Source: Ignisphaera sp.
Lineage (GTDB): Archaea > Thermoproteota > Thermoprotei_A > Sulfolobales > Ignisphaeraceae
Length of the DNA: 44,834 nt
NCBI GenBank assembly: GCA_038889075.1
Contig: JAWAHS010000002.1
Coordinates: 1-44,834 of the forward strand
Direction: 5' to 3'
Made by a program: the position numbers and the translations under genes. A model generated the notes under the pieces. That model was given only the letters and a program-made list of their open reading frames with translations. It did not search any database and had not been told where the DNA came from. Every line of letters begins with the position of its first letter. Positions within the stretch are counted from its first letter, which is position 1. This document shows, one piece after another, positions 17,234 to 27,085 of the stretch.

Positions 17234-17938
17234 ATGCTATGGAGGAAGGCTAGTGATAGGACCAAGGTTATCCACAATTTCGAGGTATACGAAGAAATAG
17301 CAGAAGTGTTTTCTAGTGTTAGAACGAAGCCGTGGTCAATAGCCCGATTTTCCAAAGGCGGTATAATCCTGGATCTAGGCTCGGGTCCTTGCATCAACGG
17401 GATTTATGCTGCTAAAAGTAGGGGAAGGTATCTCATCTGTTTAGATGCATCGTTTTCCATGGCCTTAATAAGTAGAAAAAATATTGCCAGAGAGAATTTA
17501 TTGGGGGATGCTATCGCAGCGGATATGCTCTTTCTTCCCTTTAGAAACTCTGCAGTAGATTCCATATTATCTATAGCCTCGCTACATCACATACCTAAGG
17601 GGTACGGACTAAGGATTTTAAGGGAGATAGGCCGTGTAGCAAAACCACGTAGTATCGTAATCATTACCGTATGGTCTTGGAGGCAATTAAGATTCGCTAT
17701 GTGTATTCTTAGGAATGCACTCCTCTATATTTTTAGGATAGTAGACAAACTAAGGGAATGTTATGTTCCATGGAGGAAAAAAGGAAGGGTCTACCAGAGA
17801 TACTACTATCTATATTCATTAGACGAACTCATAGATATTTGTATAAGAGCTGGGCTGAAGATTTTGAGCAGTGGTTATATTGGTTATCTAAGGGATAGAA
17901 GTGATAACATATATATATTTGGAACAGCCGTATCTTAA
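17234..17938 (+). CDS. trm9: Trm9/ALKBH8-like tRNA cm5U34 methyltransferase
   Basis: VYEEIAEVFSSVRTKPW, LDLGSGPCING, SIASLHH and YVPW...YQRYYYLY match Trm9 motifs. It is adjacent to elp3 and trm112. Confidence 0.85.
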   Translation: MLWRKASDRTKVIHNFEVYEEIAEVFSSVRTKPWSIARFSKGGIILDLGSGPCINGIYAAKSRGRYLICLDASFSMALISRKNIARENLLGDAIAADMLFLPFRNSAVDSILSIASLHHIPKGYGLRILREIGRVAKPRSIVIITVWSWRQLRFAMCILRNALLYIFRIVDKLRECYVPWRKKGRVYQRYYYLYSLDELIDICIRAGLKILSSGYIGYLRDRSDNIYIFGTAVS

Positions 17939-17973
17939 GGCACTACAATTCAACTTTGTGATAAGAATGTGTT

Positions 17974-18264
17974 TTATTTACCTATATAGCCCTTCAGCCT
18001 TGCAAGTAAATCGTAGGCCTTGCGAGTAGCAATAAGCTTGCCATCCTTTTCTTCTACAAGTTCCAATAACTTTAATACGTTGATATCCTCTACAACCTCA
18101 TTTGGAATACCAATATCTATACGTTTACCAAGGCTGTAATATATATCCCTACCATTTCTATGCATATCTCGTAGCGCATCTACAAGTGCATTGATTGATA
18201 GACCATCCTTGCTCTGAGCTATGATTGCTAGCAAAAGTAACTGGGGAGGGATTTTTTTATCCAT
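17974..18264 (-). CDS. Small winged-helix-like hypothetical protein
   Basis: EDINVLKLLELVEEKDGKLIATRKAYDLL is a typical wHTH wing. Confidence 0.75.
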   Translation of the reverse strand: MDKKIPPQLLLLAIIAQSKDGLSINALVDALRDMHRNGRDIYYSLGKRIDIGIPNEVVEDINVLKLLELVEEKDGKLIATRKAYDLLARLKGYIGK

Positions 18265-18337
18265 TTTACAACGCCGTAGAATTTGCTTTATAGGTAATTT
18301 TATATAATCTGTGAGTCGAGTAGTACAACTCGGTGTT

Positions 18338-18389
18338 GTGATGAGAACGGGGTTTATTTGAAATCGATGAAGAGGCCTTCGATCGCTGA
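18338..18389 (+). ncRNA. Box C/D methylation guide sRNA (probable 16S targets)
   Basis: C GTGATGA, D' TTGA, C' CGATGA, D CTGA, with TATA TTTATATAA at ~18298. Guides GAACGGGGTTTAT and GGCCTTCGATCG complement the recalled adjacent archaeal 16S segments UAAACCCCG and GAUCGAGGGC. Confidence 0.75.
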
Positions 18390-18401
18390 TTTAGATAAAC
18401 A

Positions 18402-18450
18402 TCAGCTGAGACAGGTTAGATCACATAGTCATGCAATGGGGTCTCATCAT
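18402..18450 (-). ncRNA. Box C/D methylation guide sRNA (probable 23S helix 93 target)
   Basis: Minus strand reads ATGATGA-GACCCCATTGC-ATGA-CT-ATGTGA-TCTAACCTGTCTCAG-CTGA. The D guide ACCTGTCTCA complements conserved 23S UGAGACAGGU. Confidence 0.75.
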
Positions 18451-18512
18451 CTTAGATGCTATTGAATTTCTATCATGAATACTTATTATGTATTTAAGGT
18501 ATTTAAACGCAT

Positions 18513-18564
18513 GTGATGAAACGACGGTCTTCTGAGCAGAAATGATGTGACTTCTCTTCGCTGA
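18513..18564 (+). ncRNA. Box C/D methylation guide sRNA
   Basis: GTGATGA-AACGACGGTCTT-CTGA-GCAGAA-ATGATGT-GACTTCTCTTCG-CTGA. The D' guide complements 23S AGACCGUCGU. The D guide complements the 16S 3' segment GGGGAGAAGUC with G-U pairs. Confidence 0.85.
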
Positions 18565-18633
18565 ATGAATTGAAGCTATCATAATTTATATATCGTTTTT
18601 AAATAAAGAGAAGTTATTAGAGGTATGTAAACG

Positions 18634-21600
18634 GTGTCCAGCGCTATCACTGTGCCTGATTCCACCACCTCTGCTAGATATGAAATTGATAGAATTCATA
18701 GACCGAGGGGTGTGTATCTTAATCTCTGTATCAACTGCGGTGGACCTATCGAGGATTATAGGGCTATACACAAAAATGCATGTACAAAATGTATGAAGAT
18801 TAAAGGAATAGTCCGTGTAGATGATATTGAGGAACTGGTTCGATACGTAGATAATCCTAGTGGGCGTCTATCTGCAGTTGTAACTATTCGGAAATTTGTA
18901 AAGGATTTCGAGGACTTCTTTGCCAGATGTGTAGGTGGATCTCCTTGGGGTTTAGAGCGAAGTTGGGCATTTCGAGTGGCACAAAATCAGAGTTTTGCAA
19001 TGATAGCACCTACAGGTGTAGGGAAGACAACTTTTGGTTTAATTATGTCGATATATCTGGCATACAAGCTTAATAAAAAGGTATATATACTAGTTCCCAC
19101 GACAGTACTTGTTCAGCAATATGAAGAAAGGATTCAGAAATTTCTTGACAAGCTAAGTATAGTGCTGAATGTTGTAGCAATACATTCAAGGATCTCCCCT
19201 AAGAGAAAAACTGAGCTAGAGAGCATTTTAAGAGAAGGGCACTTTGATATTGTAATATCTACCCCTGCATACCTTTATAGAAGCTTCGATAAGATTTTCA
19301 AAGATCTTATTAAGGAAAAGGGCAAATTCGACTTCATCTTTATTGATGATGTTGATGCTGTAATGAAGAGTAGTAGAATTGTGGAACACGTACTGAAATT
19401 GATGGGATTCGATGAAGAGGATATAAAGATAGGCTATAAATTAATTGACTTGAAGAGGAGGATTCCTTTCTGTATAGATTCAGACACAGGATGCATAGTT
19501 GATGGAAAACCTATTGAAGAAGTGGTTAATGAATACTCTAGGGCTTTAGCTGAAAAGAGAAAGAGATGCGGGCTTCTTATAATTAGCTCGGCAACTGGAC
19601 GGGCGAGAGGTAGAAGGATAAAGCTGTTTAGAGAATTGCTGGGATTTAGTATAGGTTCAACGGTTGAGATCTATAGAAATGTTGTTGATGCCTATACCTA
19701 CGTAGAATCGTATGAAAAAGCTGTTGAGAAGATTGTTGAAATTATCACTAGGTTGGGGGATGGTGGGATAATATATGTTCCTCTAGATCTAGGAATAGAA
19801 TACGCACAAAAGATTGTAGAGGAACTTAGAAATCGTGGAATAGAAGCAGACTTGGTTGTTAGTGGAAGGCAGAAAGCTCTACAAGGTTTTATTGAGAATA
19901 AGGTAAAAGTACTGGTTGGTGTAGCAGTATATTATGGTCTACTTGTTAGAGGGATTGACATTCCAGAAAGGATAAGGTATGCGATATTCCTTGGCGTACC
20001 TAGGCATAAGGTTTCACTGACGCAAATTGATTATTCGCCACAGTCGCTCATAAAGATACTATCGGTATTGATAGATGTTGTTGAGGATGTTAAAAGAGAT
20101 GAGATAGCTAAGATGATGATGGCTCTCCGTAGGATTTTGAGAAAGACATCGTTTGAGAGATTGAGGATTATTGTTGAGGAGTTGAAACAGGGTATTGTTA
20201 GAGAAGATATGGCATCCAAGACCATTAAAAAGGTGTATGAATACGTTAAAGAGGCGCTGTCAAAGCGTGAAACAATAGAACTGCTGAAACAGAATCCGAG
20301 AATAGCTGTTACTGAGGAAAACGGAATTCTATATATGTTTATACCAGATGCGCCAACATATATCCAGGCAAGTGGGCGAACCTCAAGACTGTATGTTGGG
20401 GGGATAACTAGAGGATTTTCTATTCTGCTTACTGAGGACTATAGGCTCTTGAGGGGGTTGGAGGAGAGGCTCAGGTTTTATATTGATGAGTTTGAGTTCA
20501 AAGAGTTTGAGAGATTAAATATCAACGAAATTGTTAGACAGATAGATGAAGATAGGAATATAATTAGAATGTTAAAGCAAGGTGTAGTACCTGAAGTTCT
20601 ATATAAAAGGAAGGAGGAGCTGTCAAGAATAGTGCTCTTTATCGTAGAGTCGCCGAATAAGGCTAGAACAATAGCGTCCTTCTTTGGTAGACCAACAGCG
20701 AGAGTTTACGATGGGCTAAAGGTGTATGAAACAAGTGTTGGGAAAACCCATTTATTAATTACAGCAACTGGAGGTCACATCTTTGAGGTAGTTGAAGAGG
20801 GGATTTCTGAAAATTCCATGTATGGTATTGTAAAGGTTTCCCAGAATGGTCGCACACTCTTCTTACCTAAGTACGATTATATTAAAAGGTGTCTAGCTTG
20901 CGGAGCACAATTTGTAAGAGGGGATAGGTGTCCTATATGCGGTTCAGACAAGGTAAAGTCATCCGAAGATATTATTGTTATGCTCCAGAAACTTGCATTA
21001 GAGGTTGACGAGGTTCTCATTGCAACGGATCCTGATGCTGAAGGTGAAAAGATAGCATATGATATAGCTGTATCTCTAGCTCCATATGCTAGGAGTATAA
21101 AACGTGTTGAGTTTCATGAAGTTACCAGAAAAGCCATTCTTACAGCTCTATATAATCCACGTGAAATCGATACCGCTTTGGTTGAGGCGCAGATAACTAG
21201 AAGAATTGAGGATAGGTGGTTCGGATTTGCACTCTCTGAATATGTTACTAAAGTATTTAGAGAGAAAAGTGTTAACCCAAGAGTTGAAGAGGGTAGGCTG
21301 AGTGCAGGGCGTGTCCAAACCCCTGTTCTGGGGAAGGTCTTAGAGCTCTATATAAATAAGATTCTAACCTCTAGAACCTACAAGCTTTTTAGAATACATG
21401 ATATAGCTATAGAGGTTCCGCAGGAGATTATAAATAGAGTAGTGGGTGAATCAAAAAGAATATCACCTGCAAAGACCTATCTAGAGTTTAGGCTACTCGA
21501 TACATATATAGATACTATACATCCTCCACCGCCATTTACAACAGATGAACTGATTGCTGAGGCTCAGAGGATTCTATATCTAGATGCTGTTGATATAATG

Positions 21601-22614
21601 AATATTGCACAGGATCTCTTTGAATCGGGATTTATAACATATCATAGAACAGATAGTATGAGAACTTCACCTACAGGTATATCGATTGCTAAAGAGTATC
21701 TGATGGCTAGGTATGGTAAAGAGTATGAAAGACACTTTCATCCTAGAACATGGGGTGAGGGAGGAGCGCATGAATGTGTAAGACCAACAAGAGCCATTGA
21801 TGTCAACAAGTTAAAGGAACTTATTGCAGAGGGAGTTATAGAGATACCAATAAGAATGACCAGTCATCATCTAAAGCTATACGATCTCATATTTAGAAGA
21901 TTTATAGCTAGTCAGATGAATTATGCAAAAATTGAAAAGGCAAGGTATCTCGTTAAAGTGTATATCAATGGTGCCGAGGTGTGGCGCCAAGTTATTGAAA
22001 TAGCTATAGGAATTGTTGAGCCGGGATTTACAGAAATGTATTCAAATATCAAAATAGTTCATATACCTAGAACAGATTTCTTGCTGAAGCCATCTAAAAT
22101 AGGTACCGTAAGACTAAGTGAGGTGAGGCTACCCACCCAGGGAGATATAGTTAGATGGATGAAAGAGGTTGGTATAGGAAGACCCAGTACGTATGCAAAG
22201 ATTGTAGACATATTGGCAAAGCGTGGTTATGTATTAAAATCAAGTAGAAAAGGGGTGCTAATACCTTCAATAGATGGATTTTTAGTATATACGCTGTTAG
22301 CAGGTACAGAGTATCCTGAGGCGAAATTACCCATCGAACAAGTGCTGTCAAGCACCATAGGTAAACTAGGTAGGAGGGTAGACTATGATATAATGAAGAG
22401 AACTGTAAACGAGCTGCTAAAGTATTTCAAAAACGAGATAAAGAACATGGTTTCCATTGAACAAACTAGGATGCTCTATAGTAAGATGCAAAGTATAGAA
22501 TCTGGGGAGTTGGACTACATCGATATTATAAATGAGCTTTATAGAGAGATGTGTACTAACGTATTACCATATATATACGGTGTAGGTGAGGTTGAGAAGA
22601 TATGCCAGAGGTAA
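18634..22614 (+). CDS. rgy: Reverse gyrase
   Basis: N-terminal Zn finger (CINCGG...C), APTGVGKT, DDVDA, YIQASGRTSR, TOPRIM VESPNKA and DPDAEGE, a second Zn finger, SAGRVQ, catalytic ITYHRTDS, GIGRPSTY. Confidence 0.98.
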   Translation: MSSAITVPDSTTSARYEIDRIHRPRGVYLNLCINCGGPIEDYRAIHKNACTKCMKIKGIVRVDDIEELVRYVDNPSGRLSAVVTIRKFVKDFEDFFARCVGGSPWGLERSWAFRVAQNQSFAMIAPTGVGKTTFGLIMSIYLAYKLNKKVYILVPTTVLVQQYEERIQKFLDKLSIVLNVVAIHSRISPKRKTELESILREGHFDIVISTPAYLYRSFDKIFKDLIKEKGKFDFIFIDDVDAVMKSSRIVEHVLKLMGFDEEDIKIGYKLIDLKRRIPFCIDSDTGCIVDGKPIEEVVNEYSRALAEKRKRCGLLIISSATGRARGRRIKLFRELLGFSIGSTVEIYRNVVDAYTYVESYEKAVEKIVEIITRLGDGGIIYVPLDLGIEYAQKIVEELRNRGIEADLVVSGRQKALQGFIENKVKVLVGVAVYYGLLVRGIDIPERIRYAIFLGVPRHKVSLTQIDYSPQSLIKILSVLIDVVEDVKRDEIAKMMMALRRILRKTSFERLRIIVEELKQGIVREDMASKTIKKVYEYVKEALSKRETIELLKQNPRIAVTEENGILYMFIPDAPTYIQASGRTSRLYVGGITRGFSILLTEDYRLLRGLEERLRFYIDEFEFKEFERLNINEIVRQIDEDRNIIRMLKQGVVPEVLYKRKEELSRIVLFIVESPNKARTIASFFGRPTARVYDGLKVYETSVGKTHLLITATGGHIFEVVEEGISENSMYGIVKVSQNGRTLFLPKYDYIKRCLACGAQFVRGDRCPICGSDKVKSSEDIIVMLQKLALEVDEVLIATDPDAEGEKIAYDIAVSLAPYARSIKRVEFHEVTRKAILTALYNPREIDTALVEAQITRRIEDRWFGFALSEYVTKVFREKSVNPRVEEGRLSAGRVQTPVLGKVLELYINKILTSRTYKLFRIHDIAIEVPQEIINRVVGESKRISPAKTYLEFRLLDTYIDTIHPPPPFTTDELIAEAQRILYLDAVDIMNIAQDLFESGFITYHRTDSMRTSPTGISIAKEYLMARYGKEYERHFHPRTWGEGGAHECVRPTRAIDVNKLKELIAEGVIEIPIRMTSHHLKLYDLIFRRFIASQMNYAKIEKARYLVKVYINGAEVWRQVIEIAIGIVEPGFTEMYSNIKIVHIPRTDFLLKPSKIGTVRLSEVRLPTQGDIVRWMKEVGIGRPSTYAKIVDILAKRGYVLKSSRKGVLIPSIDGFLVYTLLAGTEYPEAKLPIEQVLSSTIGKLGRRVDYDIMKRTVNELLKYFKNEIKNMVSIEQTRMLYSKMQSIESGELDYIDIINELYREMCTNVLPYIYGVGEVEKICQR

Positions 22615-23417
22615 ACGAAATTACTATAGCAGTGATACACAGTTGTATAGAGATAGGCAATAGAGCTAAAAATATTGCGAGGATTGGAAGGATAATCGAG
22701 AAGTTGGGTGGAAGTAACAGTGTTGACCTAGTAGTGGCTCCGCAAATGATTAATGGGATTCCATTATATAAACATCATACTATTATAAAGGCTAGAAAAG
22801 GTGCTGAAACTATACCAGGTAGTACAACGCAGGAAATGAGTAATATAGCCAATAGATATAATAGAAATTTATTGGTAGGACCTATACTCGAAAGAAGAGG
22901 TACAAAATTATATAGAAGCGCATTCTTAGTAATACCTATACTTGGTATAAAGGGTGTAGTACGACAATTAGAGGGTTTCGAGGGCTATGGTTCAAATATT
23001 GAGGTACCGTTATTTGATGTAAACAAATTCAAGGTGGGGGTGGTTATAGCGGAAGATATATTCTATCCTGAGATTTCACTGCTATTGGATTTAATGGGTA
23101 TCGATACCCTCATTTTCTATCCAACATTTGATATAAATTTAAATAAACAGAGACATTTGATGATGGTGAGAGCAATTGAAACTAAGTGTACGAGCATTAT
23201 GGTCGGTGGAACAATGACTAAAAGAGGGGAGGTACTACTTGAGATACCAACAATTGCTGTAGATGAAAATGGTGATACTATTGAGGAGCTTGGAGGTGGT
23301 GAGGATAAGGTTCTGTTAATTAAGGTTGGTGTAAAGTCGAGCAAGGAGATCACAGCACAGCCTAGGAAAAATGTATTGGTAAAGCTACGCAAACTACTAT
23401 CCTACTTCACTAAATAG
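22602..23417 (+). CDS. Carbon-nitrogen hydrolase (nitrilase) fold protein, apparently catalytically degenerate
   Basis: DLVVAPQM, AETIPGSTT, GVVIAEDIFYPE and RAIET match the nitrilase superfamily. The E-K-C triad positions read Q, Q and A. Confidence 0.8.
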   Translation: MPEVNEITIAVIHSCIEIGNRAKNIARIGRIIEKLGGSNSVDLVVAPQMINGIPLYKHHTIIKARKGAETIPGSTTQEMSNIANRYNRNLLVGPILERRGTKLYRSAFLVIPILGIKGVVRQLEGFEGYGSNIEVPLFDVNKFKVGVVIAEDIFYPEISLLLDLMGIDTLIFYPTFDINLNKQRHLMMVRAIETKCTSIMVGGTMTKRGEVLLEIPTIAVDENGDTIEELGGGEDKVLLIKVGVKSSKEITAQPRKNVLVKLRKLLSYFTK

Positions 23418-23472
23418 GAAATATATTGCATCGCTGCTGCTATGCAATATAAATGTATACCTATTATGCTAC

Positions 23473-23781
23473 TTATTTTCTGGCCGTAACAATGATGACT
23501 CTTCTACTCTTTGTTAGAATACTAGCTTCATTCCTATTCACAAGCTCCTTAATTATCCGTTTAGCAATACTGTATTTTATATTGAGTTTTTGAGTTAAAG
23601 CAAATGCTGTTGCAAATCCACTGTTCTCCAACTCTTCTCCAGCTTTCAATACTAGGGACTCATCTATAAAGGTAGCTTTCGTCTCCTTCTTTTCTTCTTT
23701 TGCCGATTTCTTTTCTTCTTTTGCTATCTTTTTCTGTCTCTTTTCCAAAGTTGATAAGGGTTTGCCTCCTTTTGTCCCCAT
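23473..23781 (-). CDS. rps25e: 30S ribosomal protein eS25
   Basis: Basic N-terminus GGKPLSTLEKRQ and wHTH TAFALTQKLNIKYSIAKRIIKEL. Start moved to the ATG at 23781. Confidence 0.88.
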   Translation of the reverse strand: MGTKGGKPLSTLEKRQKKIAKEEKKSAKEEKKETKATFIDESLVLKAGEELENSGFATAFALTQKLNIKYSIAKRIIKELVNRNEASILTKSRRVIIVTARK

Positions 23782-23881
23782 GGTACATAACCAACCAAAG
23801 ATGTTCAACTGTCTTTAAAGATACTAGCAGTGACCCAACTTATAAATTATCATCTTTGTAATAATTATTATGGTGTAAGAT

Positions 23882-24094
23882 ATGCGCATTGTTACTGTTA
23901 AAATGCCTGAGACATATATTGAGGCAATAGATGAGCTGATCAGAATGGGAAGGTACTCATCAAGAAGCGAAGTTATTAGATCAGCTATTAGAGAACTTTT
24001 GAAGAAAGAATTATGGCAAACAGAGTTTAGTACCGGAAAGAGAGCAAGAAAGGGTGAAAAAACAAGGATTATAGAACTCTTGGGCGAAGTTTAG
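23882..24094 (+). CDS. Ribbon-helix-helix (CopG/Arc/MetJ) transcriptional regulator
   Basis: [40 protein letters not shown]. Confidence 0.92.
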   Translation: MRIVTVKMPETYIEAIDELIRMGRYSSRSEVIRSAIRELLKKELWQTEFSTGKRARKGEKTRIIELLGEV

Positions 24095-24267
24095 GAAATT
24101 GTTCAAGAGTTAGCAGATAGTGTGTCGGGAAGTACCGTTGCCCAGAATTTTCAACGATAAAGATCAATTTTAGATACCGATTTTGATTCTGTATCGAGTT
24201 ACGCAACAACTTATATATTGTTTTGTAAGGTTTAATGCTATAGATGTTAGCATACAGTGTTTATGCG

Positions 24268-24318
24268 ATGATGAAGGTTGGTATTTTAGGACGTGGTGAT
24301 ATATGACACCAGGTCTGA
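24268..24318 (+). ncRNA. Candidate box C/D sRNA upstream of trmI
   Basis: C ATGATGA (24268) and D CTGA (24315) are about 50 nt apart, with degenerate internal D' AGGA / C' GTGATAT and two 12-13 nt guides. Targets not confidently identified. Confidence 0.55.
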
Positions 24319-24329
24319 GCAGAAATGAT

Positions 24330-25118
24330 ATGATCGAATATGGCAGCGACATTGTAATCTATATAGATAGAAGGAGAAGGCGTCTTTTAAGGATTGCCGG
24401 AGGTAAAATTTTTTCATCTGATAGAGGAACCTTAAAACTAGATGATATAGTTGGTCTTCATTATGGAGACCGGGTAAGAACTTCATTGAACATCGATGCA
24501 TGGCTTCTCAGACCGCTACTTATCGATTACCTAGAGTTAGGTATAAAGAGGGTTACACAAATAATCTATCCCAAGGATTTAGGACTAATACTGATACTAC
24601 TAGGGGTAGCACCTGGATTAAAGGTTCTTGAAATAGGTGTAGGTACAGGCAATACAACCATAGTTTTAGCAAATTTTGTGAAACCGAATGGGCATGTATA
24701 CGGATATGAATTAAGAAAAGAATTTCTGATGATTGCCCAGCATAATCTAGAGATGACGAATCTCCAGCAATATGTTACACTAAAGCTCAGGGATGCTAGG
24801 GAAGGCATTGATGAAAGTGGTATTGATGCAGCCGTAGTAGATATTCCAGATCCGTGGAATGTTCTAGATCCTTTGCATACTGCTTTGAAACACTCAGCTC
24901 CTGTAGTATTCTTTTTACCAACTATGAATCAAATAATAAGATTATTCGATGCCTTAAACAAACATAGAGGATTCATAGACATTAGATGCTATGAAACATT
25001 GCTACGGGAAATGGAGCTCTCACCCGAATCTATAAGACCTTCAACAATTATGGTAGGACATACGGGGTACATTTTATACGCAAGAAAGGTATTTAAGGAT
25101 TCTGATACAAAAGCATAG
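24330..25118 (+). CDS. trmI: tRNA (adenine-57/58-N1)-methyltransferase
   Basis: [39 protein letters not shown]. Start moved to the ATG at 24330. Confidence 0.95.
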   Translation: MIEYGSDIVIYIDRRRRRLLRIAGGKIFSSDRGTLKLDDIVGLHYGDRVRTSLNIDAWLLRPLLIDYLELGIKRVTQIIYPKDLGLILILLGVAPGLKVLEIGVGTGNTTIVLANFVKPNGHVYGYELRKEFLMIAQHNLEMTNLQQYVTLKLRDAREGIDESGIDAAVVDIPDPWNVLDPLHTALKHSAPVVFFLPTMNQIIRLFDALNKHRGFIDIRCYETLLREMELSPESIRPSTIMVGHTGYILYARKVFKDSDTKA

Positions 25119-25134
25119 TAAAGCAAATCATAGT

Positions 25135-26637
25135 TTGCCAGTGATGGTTTTTATGAAGAAAAGAGATACTCCTCAAAAATATGGGGAGAGCTTTAGTGAA
25201 TGGTTTGAATGGATTATAAGAGAGGCAGAGATATACGATTATGGAAGGTACCCTGTTAAAGGCATGGGAGTATGGCTACCATATGGATTTAAGATAAGAA
25301 AGCATGTCTTGGATATAATTAGATCGATACTTGATGGAGCTGGACACGAAGAGATACTTCTCCCTCTACTAATACCAGAAACGCTATTCAGAAAGGAAAC
25401 AGAACACGTTAGAGGATTCGAAGGTGAAGTACTATGGATAACTAGAGGGGGTCGGGAGGAACTAGATGTAAAGCTGGTTTTAAGACCAACAAGCGAAACG
25501 GCTTTAAGTTATATGGAGAGTTTCTGGATAAAGAGTTACAAGCAGCTTCCTAAGAAATACTATCAGATCGTAAGTATCTTTAGATATGAAACCAAAATGA
25601 CTAAACCTATGATAAGGGTTAGAGAAGTAACTACATTCAAGGAAGCGCACACACTACACGAAGACTTTAATGATTGTGAAAGGCAGGTTATAGAAGCTAT
25701 AGAGCTATACAGCAAGTTCTTTGATGAATTAGCTGTACCCTATATAATTACTAGGAGGCCACAATGGGATAAATTTGCAGGTGCTTTGTACACTATTGCG
25801 TTTGATACAGTGTTTCCTGATGGTAAAGCTATACAAATAGGTACGGTGCATAATCTGGGCCAAACATTTACATCAGTTTTTGATGTAAAGATACAGAAGC
25901 GTGATGAGACTATAGACTACGCATGGCAAACGAGTTACGGTATATCGGAACGCGTGATAGCGTCTGTAATAGCATTTCATAGCGATGAAAGAGGCCTCAT
26001 GCTACCACCCAATATAGCACCATATCAGGTAGTAATTATACCAATTCCCCATCCTGATACTGATATATTTAAGATGGTAAACGAATACTGTGACAAGGTT
26101 AGCAACACCTTGATACAGGCTGGTATGAGAGTGTATATTGATAGAAGAGATGATATGAAGCCTGTTGATAAGTTTTTCGAGTGGGAGTTGAAGGGTGTAC
26201 CAGTAAGGATTGAGATAGGATACAGAGAAATTCAGAACAATACCGTAACAATATTTAGAAGAGATACGATGAAAAGAAGAGTTGTAAGAGTTGAAGAGCT
26301 TGTGCAAGAATTGAGGAAGGATTTTGATGAAATAAGGCACAATGTTATGTTACGAGCATGGGAGTGGTTTAAATCGAATATTAAGATCGCTTATAAATTT
26401 AGTGATGCTCTAGAGATGATAAAGAGTAAAGGCGGCATAGCTCTTTTACCATGGTGTGGTAATGAGAATTGTGTACGTACATTAATAGAAAGTGAAGAGG
26501 GTGTTGAAGCTTTAGGAGAGGTGCACCAAAGCACGCTAGATAGGTTAGATATCAAGGGGGTAGTATCTACTGAAACCACGTGCGGATTTTGTAATGGAAA
26601 GGCTGCAGTGGTCATTGCCATAGCTAAGCGTCACTAG
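25135..26637 (+). CDS. proS: Prolyl-tRNA synthetase (archaeal/eukaryotic type)
   Basis: [42 protein letters not shown]. The exact start is uncertain (25144 or 25153). Confidence 0.97.
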   Translation: MPVMVFMKKRDTPQKYGESFSEWFEWIIREAEIYDYGRYPVKGMGVWLPYGFKIRKHVLDIIRSILDGAGHEEILLPLLIPETLFRKETEHVRGFEGEVLWITRGGREELDVKLVLRPTSETALSYMESFWIKSYKQLPKKYYQIVSIFRYETKMTKPMIRVREVTTFKEAHTLHEDFNDCERQVIEAIELYSKFFDELAVPYIITRRPQWDKFAGALYTIAFDTVFPDGKAIQIGTVHNLGQTFTSVFDVKIQKRDETIDYAWQTSYGISERVIASVIAFHSDERGLMLPPNIAPYQVVIIPIPHPDTDIFKMVNEYCDKVSNTLIQAGMRVYIDRRDDMKPVDKFFEWELKGVPVRIEIGYREIQNNTVTIFRRDTMKRRVVRVEELVQELRKDFDEIRHNVMLRAWEWFKSNIKIAYKFSDALEMIKSKGGIALLPWCGNENCVRTLIESEEGVEALGEVHQSTLDRLDIKGVVSTETTCGFCNGKAAVVIAIAKRH

Positions 26638-26766
26638 CTTGATATTAAGTTATATGCCACCTTGTATACAATTCTATGGATATAGCAGTTTCGTCAACAA
26701 TATTTCATTACAACTTTTAAGGAGCTAAAAGCATGAATAAGAGTGTTATTGCATCAGGTGGTTGCA

Positions 26767-27063
26767 ATGCCAAAAAAGAGAGAGAATAGAGGTCGCAGGA
26801 AAGGAGATAAGGGATCTGTAGATAGGGTTCAGTGTGATAATTGTGGTGCTATGGTACCGGAGGATAAGATTGTATGTGTTACGAGAATGTATTCACCAAT
26901 AGACCCGCAACTTGCATCAGAGTTAGAAAAGAAGGGAGCTATAATAATGAGATATCCAGTGACGAGATGTTACTGTATAAACTGTGCAATATTCTATGGT
27001 ATAATAAAAGTTAGATCGGAGGAAGAGAGAAAGAAAGCATATTCGCTACAAAAACTATCATAA
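26767..27063 (+). CDS. rps26e: 30S ribosomal protein eS26
   Basis: MPKKRENRGRRKGDKG, VQCDNCG..VPEDK, YCINCA. Confidence 0.97.
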   Translation: MPKKRENRGRRKGDKGSVDRVQCDNCGAMVPEDKIVCVTRMYSPIDPQLASELEKKGAIIMRYPVTRCYCINCAIFYGIIKVRSEEERKKAYSLQKLS

Positions 27064-27085
27064 CTCATTAGCCACATCCCATTAT

